From a virus: a stretch of 64,000 nt of DNA. The stretch lies in the IMG/VR virus record IMGVR_UViG_3300044615_001997; one strand, given 5' to 3'. Below the pieces are notes generated by a model that saw only the letters and a list, made by a program, of their open reading frames with translations, searched no databases and was not told where the DNA came from. Made by a program: the position numbers and the translations under genes. Positions 55,001 to 62,600 of this stretch are shown here, piece after piece. Each line of letters begins with the position of its first letter. Positions within the stretch are counted from its first letter, which is position 1.

Positions 55001-57606
55001 GGTATGGTTAAAGCAATATGAAACCATCTATGGTAAGGTACTTTAATATCATCAAATCTAAAATTACTGCTACCATCAACTATTCTTAAACTTGCGTTGT
55101 TATCTACCCAAATATCCCAAGGAGCGTTATAAGCACTACTTCCTGGCGTGCCATAATGTTGTAATACGGCACCTGAAGAGGCTACATTAAGTCCACTCCA
55201 ATTTTGTCCAGGCCGTATTCTAAACCAACCTTCAATACATATACGGTTTGCCGACATGGTGGGAACATCGCCAAGAGGAAATTGCACCCAAGCACTTTTA
55301 TACGCGTTATCAGGCTTCCCTATGTTTACGTCTCTCCATCTTTCTATTGAATTGCTGACTCCTGGTGCTGGGTTTGACTGTGGGCTTTGGCTACTCCACC
55401 CACTTGGGGGGACGGTAGTTGAAGTAGAGGTCACAGTGTAGGTTATACCTGCAGAAAAAGTACTTAAAACTGAAATATACCAAACTCCTAGATTGTAACC
55501 TATAGTCGCCTCGGAGTCGTTTTTACGATAGAGTGGTCTACTTTGTTGATAACCTACTAAGGTATACCAGCCATTTAAAGAAGCTACGCCTGCCCCTGAC
55601 ACGAGAACTTGGTTACTTCCTCCGTTAGTAGAGTCAATGTCGTCTTCTGTAGTTGAGCTACCAAAGCCCTCCGTAAAAACAATCGCTTCATGGTTTCTAA
55701 CTGAAGGAACCTCTCCTGAAATGTTTGGTAAATAATCCTCTGGATAGAAAGCTATGCCTTCTTGCTCCAGGTAGTCGAGTGCTGTACCCGTGAGAATTCT
55801 GAAGCCTTTTAAATGTCCTTGAAATCCATTTGCGTGGGACTGATCATAATTTAAATAATTTTTTCTTCTAGCATAAACTTCTCTAACGTCTGCACCTAAA
55901 ATAAACTTTTTTTGATTATAAATCTCGTCTGTATATTCAACAGAAGTTGCTTTGTTGCCGTCTATAAATAGAAATAATTCACCATTTCTACGTTTTACAA
56001 CTATATGATGCCATTCATTTAGTTGAAACCCGTGATAGTAAAATATTGGAGTACTGTTATTTATAACGCAGTAAATTTTTTGCCTGTCTATCGATATTTT
56101 AAAAGCCTGAAAATTATCGTCACCTGAAGTATAGATTGGATATTCGGCACCGTAGTTATTTAATGGAAAATCTGTTAAATTAATAAAAACTTCAACTAAA
56201 AAGTCCTTTTGTTCAAATAGTAATTCTCCTAAAGAATTTTCATATATTTCTATAAAAAATGGATAAAAATTGTTAGAGTTGGCGTTATGAAAAAAAATAC
56301 TTTCAGTATTACTTACGGGAGGGGTTGTATTTCTATTTTTATAGCTATCCGGAAGCTTAATTAACTTCGTATCATTAAAAAGCAAGCGTTCCGCTCCATC
56401 TGCAGCATCATAAACTTTGTTTTCGTCTACTTGGTTAAAATGTAGACAAGACGCGTATTCAAAATCTTTTATTATTAGATTATATGTTTTGGTGGTAGTT
56501 CCACCGCCGCCGGTAGCAGATATTGTTATTGGTGGAGGTGGAATTGCTGGGGCTACCGGTGTAACTGGTGCTGTTGTTGTTCCGGATAGAACTCCGGTAG
56601 AGCTATTTAATGTAATGCCTGTGGGAAGTGTTCCACCAGTAACCGCCCAAGAAACAGGTAAGCTGTAAGTTGAAGCTAACCTAACTGGATAGTTTAAAAA
56701 CATTCCTCTAGTGATGGTTATACTCGAAGCAGTATCTTCTATTACCGGTAGAGCTGTAGCTACAGTTATAGAAACACTTCCACTATTTCCACTTCCTGAG
56801 GCGGCACATGTGAATGTTCCTGCGGCGGCAGGACTACCAGCGATGAAATACTTAAACCCGAGTTTTAGAACAGTTAGTCCTGTTGGAAGACCTGAAAGCC
56901 CTAAACTTGCAGGTGCTCTACCACTATACGGTATTTCGTAAAGCACTCCATGTCCAAAAGTAGTACTTAAACTTCCACTTACTGTGGTTGTTGTTGCGGT
57001 ACCTGAAAATGTTACATTTAATGAATTTGATGTGTGCGCAGAAGTTAAACCGTTAGATGTTACCGTAGATATAGTAGCTGAATTGTTTACGGCGGTAGGC
57101 CATATCGTCCATTGAGTTCTAGTTGTTCTTACCGCATTATTAGCTGTCGCATTGAAATCTAAAACACCATCTCTACCGTTCATGCTAAAAAGATCGGAGG
57201 CAGATAATGAAAAACTGCCTGATGTTTGACAGGCTTTAGCGGCCGGACTGGCTATTATCGAGGGAGCGCCTGTTTTAGGAACAAATTCAATATTTAAAGT
57301 GAAATCTCTAAAAATATTTCCAGGTCTGGTAACTCTAAGCACACAAGAAGCTGTTCCAGAGCTTACAGTGCTATTATTGGTTGTACCGTAATATACCCCG
57401 CATTGTACAGTGGAGATCGGTGTGCCGTCTGAAGCATTTTGTGTACCGCTAACAGAAATATTTTGTAAGCGTAGCTCTGGATCACTAGTACTAACTACGG
57501 AAAAAGTAGCATCTTGTACATTTATACCCCTAAATGTATTAAAATGTCCCCCTGTAAAGTATTTAAACCCATACAGTGTATTCGTGGTTATTGCAGGAAC
57601 AGACAT
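43054..57606 (-). CDS. giant fibre/adhesin-like virion protein (LamG, Asp-box and putative Ig repeats)
   Basis: 4850 aa; five F(T/S).E.W...W.H.A LamG-like units, four S..NG.SW-type Asp boxes, about 20 or more LP.GL....G.ISGTP Ig repeats. Confidence 0.8.
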   Translation of the reverse strand: MSVPAITTNTLYGFKYFTGGHFNTFRGINVQDATFSVVSTSDPELRLQNISVSGTQNASDGTPISTVQCGVYYGTTNNSTVSSGTASCVLRVTRPGNIFRDFTLNIEFVPKTGAPSIIASPAAKACQTSGSFSLSASDLFSMNGRDGVLDFNATANNAVRTTRTQWTIWPTAVNNSATISTVTSNGLTSAHTSNSLNVTFSGTATTTTVSGSLSTTFGHGVLYEIPYSGRAPASLGLSGLPTGLTVLKLGFKYFIAGSPAAAGTFTCAASGSGNSGSVSITVATALPVIEDTASSITITRGMFLNYPVRLASTYSLPVSWAVTGGTLPTGITLNSSTGVLSGTTTAPVTPVAPAIPPPPITISATGGGGTTTKTYNLIIKDFEYASCLHFNQVDENKVYDAADGAERLLFNDTKLIKLPDSYKNRNTTPPVSNTESIFFHNANSNNFYPFFIEIYENSLGELLFEQKDFLVEVFINLTDFPLNNYGAEYPIYTSGDDNFQAFKISIDRQKIYCVINNSTPIFYYHGFQLNEWHHIVVKRRNGELFLFIDGNKATSVEYTDEIYNQKKFILGADVREVYARRKNYLNYDQSHANGFQGHLKGFRILTGTALDYLEQEGIAFYPEDYLPNISGEVPSVRNHEAIVFTEGFGSSTTEDDIDSTNGGSNQVLVSGAGVASLNGWYTLVGYQQSRPLYRKNDSEATIGYNLGVWYISVLSTFSAGITYTVTSTSTTVPPSGWSSQSPQSNPAPGVSNSIERWRDVNIGKPDNAYKSAWVQFPLGDVPTMSANRICIEGWFRIRPGQNWSGLNVASSGAVLQHYGTPGSSAYNAPWDIWVDNNASLRIVDGSSNFRFDDIKVPYHRWFHIALTIPFGIGTTNQVAYLHIDGNFKQQINNWTMGGWTPGDNTKVLRLCGDASDSREYVDVYDYRLSFGITANRYSAFNNFSSHLNRLPTTPAADTYFLVTAESNGLVYPNFRYIWKKNIGGTTSQGNLIATDYQNIIQVGTNSWETNEGIRPGSSPIFNNTSSTTTTTAADVSAVCFKFITPRMVGGWGPNPAILDSSRHNRYNRKLFTNFPVLFSNEVTKFGKGALLCLNDNGVVTWPYNAASNQNLNSDFTLEFWYNCFSPSLLQDFNWSPPVTAWEQAMIDLGGSIKITSRPFFAGATTTSSDLYDDPLNKIQGYLVGVYIGNNNDYTTGVNGQAIGSAEYNSWNHFALVKAGEYYTAYHNGIPTATWRLTQILTPSSNFNVGGNLIDSKFLGLVDDFRLTKNPQVYNMTGTNGSFSLPTTQQPPYLVPEIQNYNIYVNAFQHFAVFPKIIKNYDQPGINFYFSDDIVDEEDDYSYYFENLGINSETGEIYGQLNTIAESRPYRARYHIDLPSGQTTSGILSFFSRSSFNLSQGPALPFTEEILTDKAVLYIPSTGRFLINARGKLYLYDPSTNRLEQKVYSAFGRNASGVLGINSSVLSIDDPQDYEWAASGSHVYIRVKRSDQIDFSTPNLLQSNLYSLAISGDFNSDLSNSSIKTITTFNGYSLGNINPNNPTTVYYTASGAVETVYSLSTNATNIISTVTTIEPHSRPFNIFTSCSSFKRSSHAFSGFNFTFGENTSDFRWFFGGFSSTNPRYIYELLAEQKEVNYLNNNYEYWHHLTPLFQTANPSYYTHLNSFGGTYFILFENKSFLNDSKNFSIFGPNIGDTDVEIKCTLPRKNPADSSSPYYRPLSLTVTKKEDTTLAPPAEKYILTILANEPLSENISILSTEFTTSVANIMKSINGPWVYSGEINMASNGTSTIAYIEKGLSGFAYVSDNNGGKWRAVSIAGGSASYYSMTYGNNLFMFVRWMGNDVPIIYTTSNFSNFQNKNFVSTGNDLPTGAFINNIAFGQGKWILTTSVPGFNYISTNNGDSWTRIANLNSQPHEFKNIKFVNNIWFLLKGPGSYPVGSYVCHASTDGSTWTEIHSYPSGTTSPQAQQPYYDVVYHNGHYIFYNQGGTPKRTTNIWSTADWHMLAFQASDNTVISPTQMISFGQELLAFQIAPWPQNFATATLNYFVSLNNGASWTKMQSQRAVNTPIGGAILGLNSDTVITIQIVRGTANIYQRRTYINPSSVLPITHVRDLPLSGVDSSFNAAYPNTPTKGFCGLSPVPINDYEVFIFTNERGPQILKYIPGGKNTISSISANYFKNKNFNGDKFLIYDSTAFPKNIVFSSTQDSPVHTTGKFKKGLLLQQHKLTINGTASNTSIDIPNREYYISDIFYNQPFSFEAWFYIDSSVSPWGGQLFHVDQGDGTINHYTIELKLNYPGTLTLRVMIDQGWVVGDWNASVTIFDEPYFTSNVDKKWTHVAFARTSTGHFNVYINGVKPYTGDLTHSSLSGIYSAPLDISVCDDLKAKVSDIQITKGESIWTKPGTQQSSGYTADMLTPAFAGPLKGSFLLHNRNEVFSTAPITRYFYPTGDPFDENWRFVVDPLDGDSPQQYQQSDVLAQAITTISTYTSDFKKTRFNFKLVDAPPGYTGITTYFNPFILIDGSSGTGGSLPQNTIYFPFNEAVGVSTFTFGGMSLTQTTSTPFYSDPQPNLAIGTVGGWNGVHFNNGFVKHLVLSNQKNILSFGTDNFTVSFWAYATQYATYARFLSAQLTQGWGVELGGYPGTIKFGSYLLGELQVQDTLPLNQWVHIAFTRTNGIFRAFVNGQQRNILVSGSGIVANVNDNSNYLDLSGATNKNLTIGAFDGFPFSGYVRDLFISKGTSLYQTNFTPPPSAIADGLWVGNQSVPASPTAVTSIVRTYPKANLFNFPVILANTTHLHIIGHDSSGRYYDDFRFIRTGDITGKIVGHADNAFVGTVPQLRIGYKNYNYITQTSNPDIRGAQKGTPTTSNSGTLELNLNFTLNIDAPQLGSFEYSLGEFIEIYADMEGEVCDWGLELYAYDLPNGMDWEGITGECGNPTSLRIYGTPTAPGNFEITLVAVDLDGQEISRAFELFVDPGFSIGEISPVTANQNQQFSIAVPLVLTNLNLTLTASLSGFPAGTFTYNASTRQISGSSTVFGNFNPTITFTAPGGIALSETFSLTIVEFFQVITPQNTTLAKGAPMTPIVFRYIGEATQVDTITADTLPPGLDLVNEGDRQYIEGTPTEVNPWNGTTVTITVTTFSGLVRTVSFTITVTVKITLDVTNSALTYLLGTTLSSLVLETSGPTPCTKVSIPNLADLPDGLTYNETTRTISGTFLEMTENDYYGARVTVRLWNGDDYISDGFYFKILLGLTVEEIDNKTYNLGTDITPIPILISGNFNWTDISVTGLEDSGLYWDDPSGDQPVILGVAESSGIHQVVIRVYVYSSYVEQTFRITIVDAIDFTMPVNPVFPKFITITPLVISISGNITSLLFANLPPGLVFNSTNTSIQGTPTQVGTYNVTATAYNTSGIVLTKSEEFTVVEGTQDFYVVPNQSFVAQGRWMPGLMAAVNDPSILTGWVPPANSGNFRLPTGITQDPVTGIIRGLATEQGQGQFYLTAQVGEDFEYSALANWIVIFRKIQLSDITINVVRGRSASVQLTYTQDVPTRWVLNSPLPAGLSMTTAVTMDMNTGTISGGLITGITNVPNGVYTVIITAEHEIVPAFSTTKTYTINVGLNFIEIPSFLDLTAEVNLPFSVDIPLEGEIPATWEISSGNAGPFSITPLGEIVGTPLVTGSFSFNVLARLQNIVSNECEITIDVFSDDDGGGGGTAAPNLSNAIIRANLNTPFTFNLINAGGAIDDYEFSVNLPQGVSVVQSANGFTISGTITTSGVYNFDLIASNGTGTDTSSITIIVSDGRPIIPDNQSFSFVKSTTLPGTDKLNVLGETPTSISFSTLPSGIVFNPAAYTFTGTAPATTGETSHNVSASNLSGSTGNVPVKFIIKDEPITITPNQIFDLTEGTGSFGRNIATTGGTPTGGTLEFAPAGVQLFFNPARLSGTTPPAGNYNIRVTLTNFGNTSSAFVALVVSAEIPVITPNQTFTGTASNDAEFTVAFTGGTPITWGLPIPTQLPPGLTFSLSIGRFTGKPTTAGTFIVGIFAESSKGRSPTVNVTITITQGVIKPEIPSGQKFNLVTGQQVSNLFVQTTGGTATSWTATGLPQGLAIATTTGQISGTLNAAATTTSSNITASNSAGSSTGAVEFIITQPVTIPQITAGQTFTFTLNTTITTNATILFTGSGVTLTSQDLPSGVSMDGNTGRLQGRPLTAGVFNAIITARNSAGTDTETVSITVTSPTTQLPVLEQNLSPIQLIRNVNMTPYNFVNSGGIATAWAASNLPQGLSVNFNSGTISGRPSAVENKTVTVTASNSAGSATTTLAINVVSSVIPPVINNQTINAFRGAHFSFQLEATGTITNWLVDNIPNNSLPSGTSLSAIVGTISGIPSATGTFTTIIRVENESGSDTAEITIIVASSTLIPVITPNQTFIGRKGVNFNYTIGFLNSGGTPINWRLATAQTLLHPGITLDGRNGYLSGIPTTAGNTSAQLIASNSAGDSAPATINFQITESVNAPNIAQGQIFRATLNSPFSRNITFSGNVTEWRIVSGELPAGLILNGSTGALSGTPTVYSGSRTIRIFAGNQDGSDEENITVAVDEPAIVVSPGQSFNGYALDPFTATVRTQGNPISWQLTNLPTSLQLTISNTGVISGTPGIAGEYTGVVTATGVSGISGSASIKINILSKVPVITPNQVINLSTANFITYSIAFSSAGGTPPTQWAALTPLPQGLTLNTLRGTISGTPTQATSAGGVDCEIKVENSYGASSEKIKIIVAAITSLLKINPEQTVIVAAGTPFEFTPTYVGVPTGWYILNIPAGLSIDATTGKISGTISAPGTYRVCVYCENNRFDASAFINIKVN

Positions 57607-57632
57607 CGAAAAAAATAATTAAATTAAAATAA

Positions 57633-58163
57633 TTAAAAAAACAGCCATACCCAACCCGAAGAAATCAGGGCAGTAATTACCGGAAGTGCAAAAGCATACA
57701 TAGCGTATATCGGTGGAACAAATCGCATAAGCCAAACACCAAATATAAGACCAAATATGCCTCCAACAATAGAAGCTACATATTTTAATTTATGATATTT
57801 TGATAATATTTTTTTATGTTTATCCATCCATTCAAATGACTCGTTTTGTTTAGCTACACCCCAATCTCTTAAGATATCAGCGTTGCGTTGCACAGTAACA
57901 GTATTTTTCTGCGCCTCACCCAGCGATTTAGTGGCATTTTCCAGACTAATCTTTAATTTAGTATTTTCTGTTTTAGCTGACCCTAATTCTAAATTTAATT
58001 CACGTATAATTTTACGAGCCTCTTGAAGATTATTCATGGGAGACTGGGTGACTTCGGCTTTAACCACAGGTACAGGCGTTGCTTTGGGTTTTGGTTTCCA
58101 GAATTGACCGTAGCCTGCACCAGTTAAAATTAAAAATGCTGTAAAAGTAATTAAAGTTTTCAT
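57633..58163 (-). CDS. exported coiled-coil protein with two C-terminal TM helices (spanin-like?)
   Basis: start MKTLITF; signal-like N-terminus, long coiled coil, two TM helices. Confidence 0.55.
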   Translation of the reverse strand: MKTLITFTAFLILTGAGYGQFWKPKPKATPVPVVKAEVTQSPMNNLQEARKIIRELNLELGSAKTENTKLKISLENATKSLGEAQKNTVTVQRNADILRDWGVAKQNESFEWMDKHKKILSKYHKLKYVASIVGGIFGLIFGVWLMRFVPPIYAMYAFALPVITALISSGWVWLFF

Positions 58164-58167
58164 AAAT

Positions 58168-58425
58168 TTATTGTTTTGGTTGAGAAGATTCGATTTGCTC
58201 CAAGATCTTCTCAAGGCGTTCAGCTAGAGTCAGAGCCGTATCAATTTTTTTAGCTACTGCGGTATTTGCCTCACCTGCGTTATTCAATTCTACCTTTGTC
58301 TCTTCTAAAGCCCTCACAACATTGGCAGTAGTTACAGATGGAGGGGCATCTTTTTTACCCCCTTTTACAAATGCGCAACCGGTAGTTAACAGAGTAAAAA
58401 TTAAAATAATGGGTATATTTTTCAT
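58168..58425 (-). CDS. lipoprotein with coiled coil (o-spanin-like?)
   Basis: LLTTGC lipobox. Confidence 0.6.
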   Translation of the reverse strand: MKNIPIILIFTLLTTGCAFVKGGKKDAPPSVTTANVVRALEETKVELNNAGEANTAVAKKIDTALTLAERLEKILEQIESSQPKQ

Positions 58426-58431
58426 AGCCCT

Positions 58432-58460
58432 AAGTTATCATAATGGGCAAGAAAACTCAA
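58432..58460 (-). promoter_or_regulatory. sigma70-type promoter, leaderless geometry
   Basis: TTGAGT-N17(ending TGA)-TAACTT-N6-ATG(58425). Confidence 0.5.
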
Positions 58461-58527
58461 ATAATAGTTACTTAATTAAAAAACTTAAAAATAGCCAACC
58501 ATATTATAAAAATTATAAAATAGTATT

Positions 58528-58722
58528 TCATGCTCCAGAAATAAGTCTGTCTAATCCCACTTCAGCCAAGTCGTAAATAGCATTCATTTTCTCAGTCGAA
58601 AATAAATAATTTATAAACTGTTCAGGAGTTAACCAGCCTATTTCTGTAGCTATTTCTACACCAATATCAATATCTCTTAGTGTATATTCTTTGTTATCTA
58701 TTTTGATAACATAATACGTCAT
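58528..58722 (-). CDS. hypothetical protein
   Basis: 64-aa coupled ORF. Confidence 0.6.
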   Translation of the reverse strand: MTYYVIKIDNKEYTLRDIDIGVEIATEIGWLTPEQFINYLFSTEKMNAIYDLAEVGLDRLISGA

Positions 58723-59180
58723 TACACAGAATTTAAGGTAGTTAAAGCTTCCCTAGCAACATCTTGAAAAGCGAAGGGAGGCCGCCCCCAATCACTTTTA
58801 AAATCCGGTAAAAAAACATCTTCTGATAAAACAAGATTTATCCAATTTATAATTACATCCAGATTTTCAGAGTTTTTGTTGGCTGCTTTTAATTGATTTT
58901 GCAAATTAAATAAAAATATTAGCTTGGTAGAGCTAAAACCATTAAGTTCAAGCCATTCTTCTCCAGAATATTTGACAAGAGGCGGAATTTCATTCAATGC
59001 ATCTATAGTTATATTTGAATTTTGTCTTGTATACCGCACCACTTTATCTCCAGGAAGCATATCTATTCCTCCCACATAGAGAGACAGTTCTCCATCACGA
59101 TAAAGTAATTGTGTTGGAGGAACATCTTCTTCGTGAATAAAATATTCGGATAATTTTTTTAATAGTATTTGATCGTGCAT
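58722..59180 (-). CDS. tail-fibre-associated protein (paralog 2)
   Basis: shares EEW...G.....L..L...W...L...W..P..F....EA pattern with 59182-59643. Confidence 0.6.
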   Translation of the reverse strand: MHDQILLKKLSEYFIHEEDVPPTQLLYRDGELSLYVGGIDMLPGDKVVRYTRQNSNITIDALNEIPPLVKYSGEEWLELNGFSSTKLIFLFNLQNQLKAANKNSENLDVIINWINLVLSEDVFLPDFKSDWGRPPFAFQDVAREALTTLNSV

Positions 59181-59181
59181 A

Positions 59182-59643
59182 TTATGAAGATAATTCTGTG
59201 AAGGCCTCTAAAACAGTTTGTTCAAATGTGTGAGGAGAGCCAGGCCAATTATTGTGAGGCGTTGGATCCATGACGTAGCTAGTCAATATACCATCTAACC
59301 AAGCTCTAACTGCTGTGACTTTTTGAGAAGTTTTATTGGTAAACCTTAATTTATTTTCTAAATCCATTAAAGTAACTATTCTTGTAGGAGTATAGCCCTG
59401 GCTATTTATCCATTCTTCTGCGGTGACAAACTCTTTTTGATAACTTGCGTTATCTATTGGAATAATCTCAATGGCTCCGTTGTTTTTAGAATAGTCGAAA
59501 ACCTCATCACCAGCTCTAACTAAATAAGGAGTTGGTAGCACAGTTACTTCCTCTCCCCTAACTAAAATTCTAGTTACTGGAGTATTCCCATCTTCGTTAA
59601 AAAGATCATTAGGTATATTTTGAATAATTTCTTGTGTAGTCAT
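59182..59643 (-). CDS. tail-fibre-associated protein (paralog 1)
   Basis: directly downstream of tail fibre; paralogous to next gene. Confidence 0.6.
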   Translation of the reverse strand: MTTQEIIQNIPNDLFNEDGNTPVTRILVRGEEVTVLPTPYLVRAGDEVFDYSKNNGAIEIIPIDNASYQKEFVTAEEWINSQGYTPTRIVTLMDLENKLRFTNKTSQKVTAVRAWLDGILTSYVMDPTPHNNWPGSPHTFEQTVLEAFTELSS

Positions 59644-59646
59644 AAA

Positions 59647-62600
59647 TTATGTAACTTTATAGAAGGTTAGTATTACGTCTTGTATAGTGGCTCCGTTACT
59701 GTTGTTGTTATTTCCATAAGCTGCAAAATAAGCAGCATAATTAAACCAGGTGTTTGTTGATGCTATAGGCTCAGAAGTCGACCATACGATTCTATCTCCT
59801 GTAGCTGCTCCGCCACCAAAGTCCTGTAATCCAGGTACTGTGGTTTGGGTACTACCGTCCCAACTTCTAATCATGCAATGTACGCCGTCATTAAACCAGC
59901 TAGTGGTTCTAACTGCAGCAAATATTCTATAATTCGATCCAGGTCCAAAGAAAATTTCTGGATTGAATGTTCTTGGTGTTCCTACGCCAAAAGTACCGCC
60001 CTCCAAAGTATTTCCAAAAGGAGTCATTGTGAAAAACCCGTTAGAAGATGGGGGGCTAAAAGCTGTAGCTCCTGGATTGTAATTACTTGAAGCGAATAGC
60101 AAGTTTCTAAATCTGTTTAACACCAGAGGACCAAATGCTCCTGCAGGTACTTGCCAAGTTTTGTCTCCTCTCAAGAATTGTGCTGCGGATGTTCCTTGAC
60201 CTAGAGAGTTTTCTTTTCCACTTAAACCTGTTTGTACGAATGCCGTGGTGGCAAGCTGTGTTGTATTTGTTCCTGCTGTTGCGGTTGGAGCTGCAGGAGT
60301 TCCTGTGAATGTGGGACTTGCCAATGGTGCGAAACCAGAGATCGACGCTCCTGCGGGAATTGTCACAGTGCCCGTAAATGTGGGAGAAGCTATGGGAGCT
60401 GCTCCGAGGTTGGTGCGGGTGGTGGCCGCTTGATCAAAATAAATAGGAACGCTTGCTTGAATATAGTTGGTAAATACATTCATTGCCTCACCAAATTGAG
60501 CAAGGCTTCCAGAGCTTGGTGGAGGACTTCCCACATAATCTCCAGTAACAAATAAATTTTTAAACGTAACATCATTCGTGGCACCAAGTCCGAGGTTGGT
60601 GCGTGTTTCCGCAGCTCCAGATATAAATGTAATCCCCACTGTACCCAAATCAAGACGCATTCCTCCTGCAGCACGAACATTAAATGTATTTACCGCATTT
60701 GAAATAAAATCTGCTGTTTGACTATCTGCCCAAACAAAAGCTCCTTGATGGTTAGCCTTAGCATTACGCCCTGCAGCAAAACTATAATTACCGCTAGCTT
60801 CCAACCCTGCTCCCAAAGTAACAGAATATTCCCCGCTGGCAACGTTGCCAAAACTTGCACCTTGAAAACTGGCAAAGCCTGTCCCCCTTAAACCTAAATT
60901 AGTTAATGTTCTTTGCCATGCATTGGGTGCAATTAAATCAGTTTCAAACGCCAATCCTAGTGAACCAGCTTTAAAAGTCAAAGCTTGCCCAGAATTAATA
61001 TCTGTGACACTGCCTGTGCCACCACCTGTGCCAACAGAATGCCAAGCACCGTCTCGAAGTTTTAAACGTAACATTGTGTCGCTAGTGTAAGTACCCGAAG
61101 ACGCCCCAGCTGGAACATTTGTAAACGTGCTAGTATAACTTGATCCTGCCCATTGATATTGTCTCAAAATAACACTTCTTCCTAGAACTATACTTTCCAA
61201 GCTAATAAGTAATTCGTCCCCCGCCACAGCTCCATCGACTCCCTGCCTGGGAAGAGTTACTGTGCATGTGGTGTCTCCAGGGCCTCCTCCCACAATTCTT
61301 GCCCAAGTATTAGGTCCACTAGGAATCGTTACAGATATATCCCCATAAAAGGATTGAAGCCATACTTTGTTGTTAGATAAAATAAGCTGATTTCCTTGCC
61401 CGTTTTGATTAAAAATTTCTGCTATTCTTAAATTTCTAGTATCGTCAGACACTACAATATCGTCGCCATTTAATCTCAGCTTAATAGCATCTGTGGACCC
61501 TATCTCGGTACTGTTAGGTGTTTTATTAGTGAGCTTTTGTCCTAAAGTAATCGTGTTGTCTGCTTGGTTAGTACAATTAAATCCATAAATAAATGAATTT
61601 TTTCTATACCATTCAACGGAACTTATTCCACCAAAAATACCCTGTGTTATAACACCCTGAGCAACGCCTGCTGCGTCTGGATAAACATTTCTATGTAGGT
61701 ACCAACCAACGTCAGCAAATGTTTGTTGATGTCCTGGGTCTGTGTTGCCGATATGCACAGACCATCCGGTAGCATCTAAATCTTGAGCATCTTGAAACAC
61801 CGCCCAGTATGTTCCATAAGTAGGTTTCCATGGGAATTTTACAGTAGGTGCGTTAATTCCAGTTTGTCCGTTGAAGGCATCTAATTCTGTGGTATAGAAC
61901 CAGGCATGATATTGTGGATAAAAATTACTTACACGAACATAATAATCTACATTTTCTACCAATGGTTCTGGAAGTTTGGCATTGCTTATAAATTTTACTC
62001 GATGAACTATTTTACCGGCATATAAAATAGAATTAGTTCTATCCAACGAACCCCCAGTCCAGGCTATTGTGTATGTTCCTACACCGCCAGCAGTTCCACT
62101 GACTTGACTCACAATTCTAGCCCCTGTAGCTAGGGAATTATTGAAAGTTTCGTCTCCATTAGATGAAAATAAATTCATCTTTGGCTCTATATTGTACCCA
62201 GTAGAGAGCATTTCTGTAACCGTCATAGTAGTTCCAGATATATTGGCTCTAAACTTTAATCTTTTGTTATTGTCGGAAGGAAACGCATTGATTAAGAGAC
62301 AGAAATCTTCTGAATTTCCTAGAGTTCCATTTAAATTGTGGTCCCCTGGTGCCTTAAATTCATAGACACCCACCATAGCTGTCTCTAACCTTCTCGCTGT
62401 CCCGATTAATATTTCAATAGTATTAGCATCAATTACTTTTAAAACTGTGCAATTCAATCGAGCCGGATTACTAACCACAAAAGATTTATTGAGTAAATTT
62501 AAAATAATGTTTTGTCCTAGAGTTAAACCGTGGGGTTGACTCCAACTGGCTACAAGTTTATCACGTCTACCTGGAACAAGAGTTAAACTAGTTTGATTTG

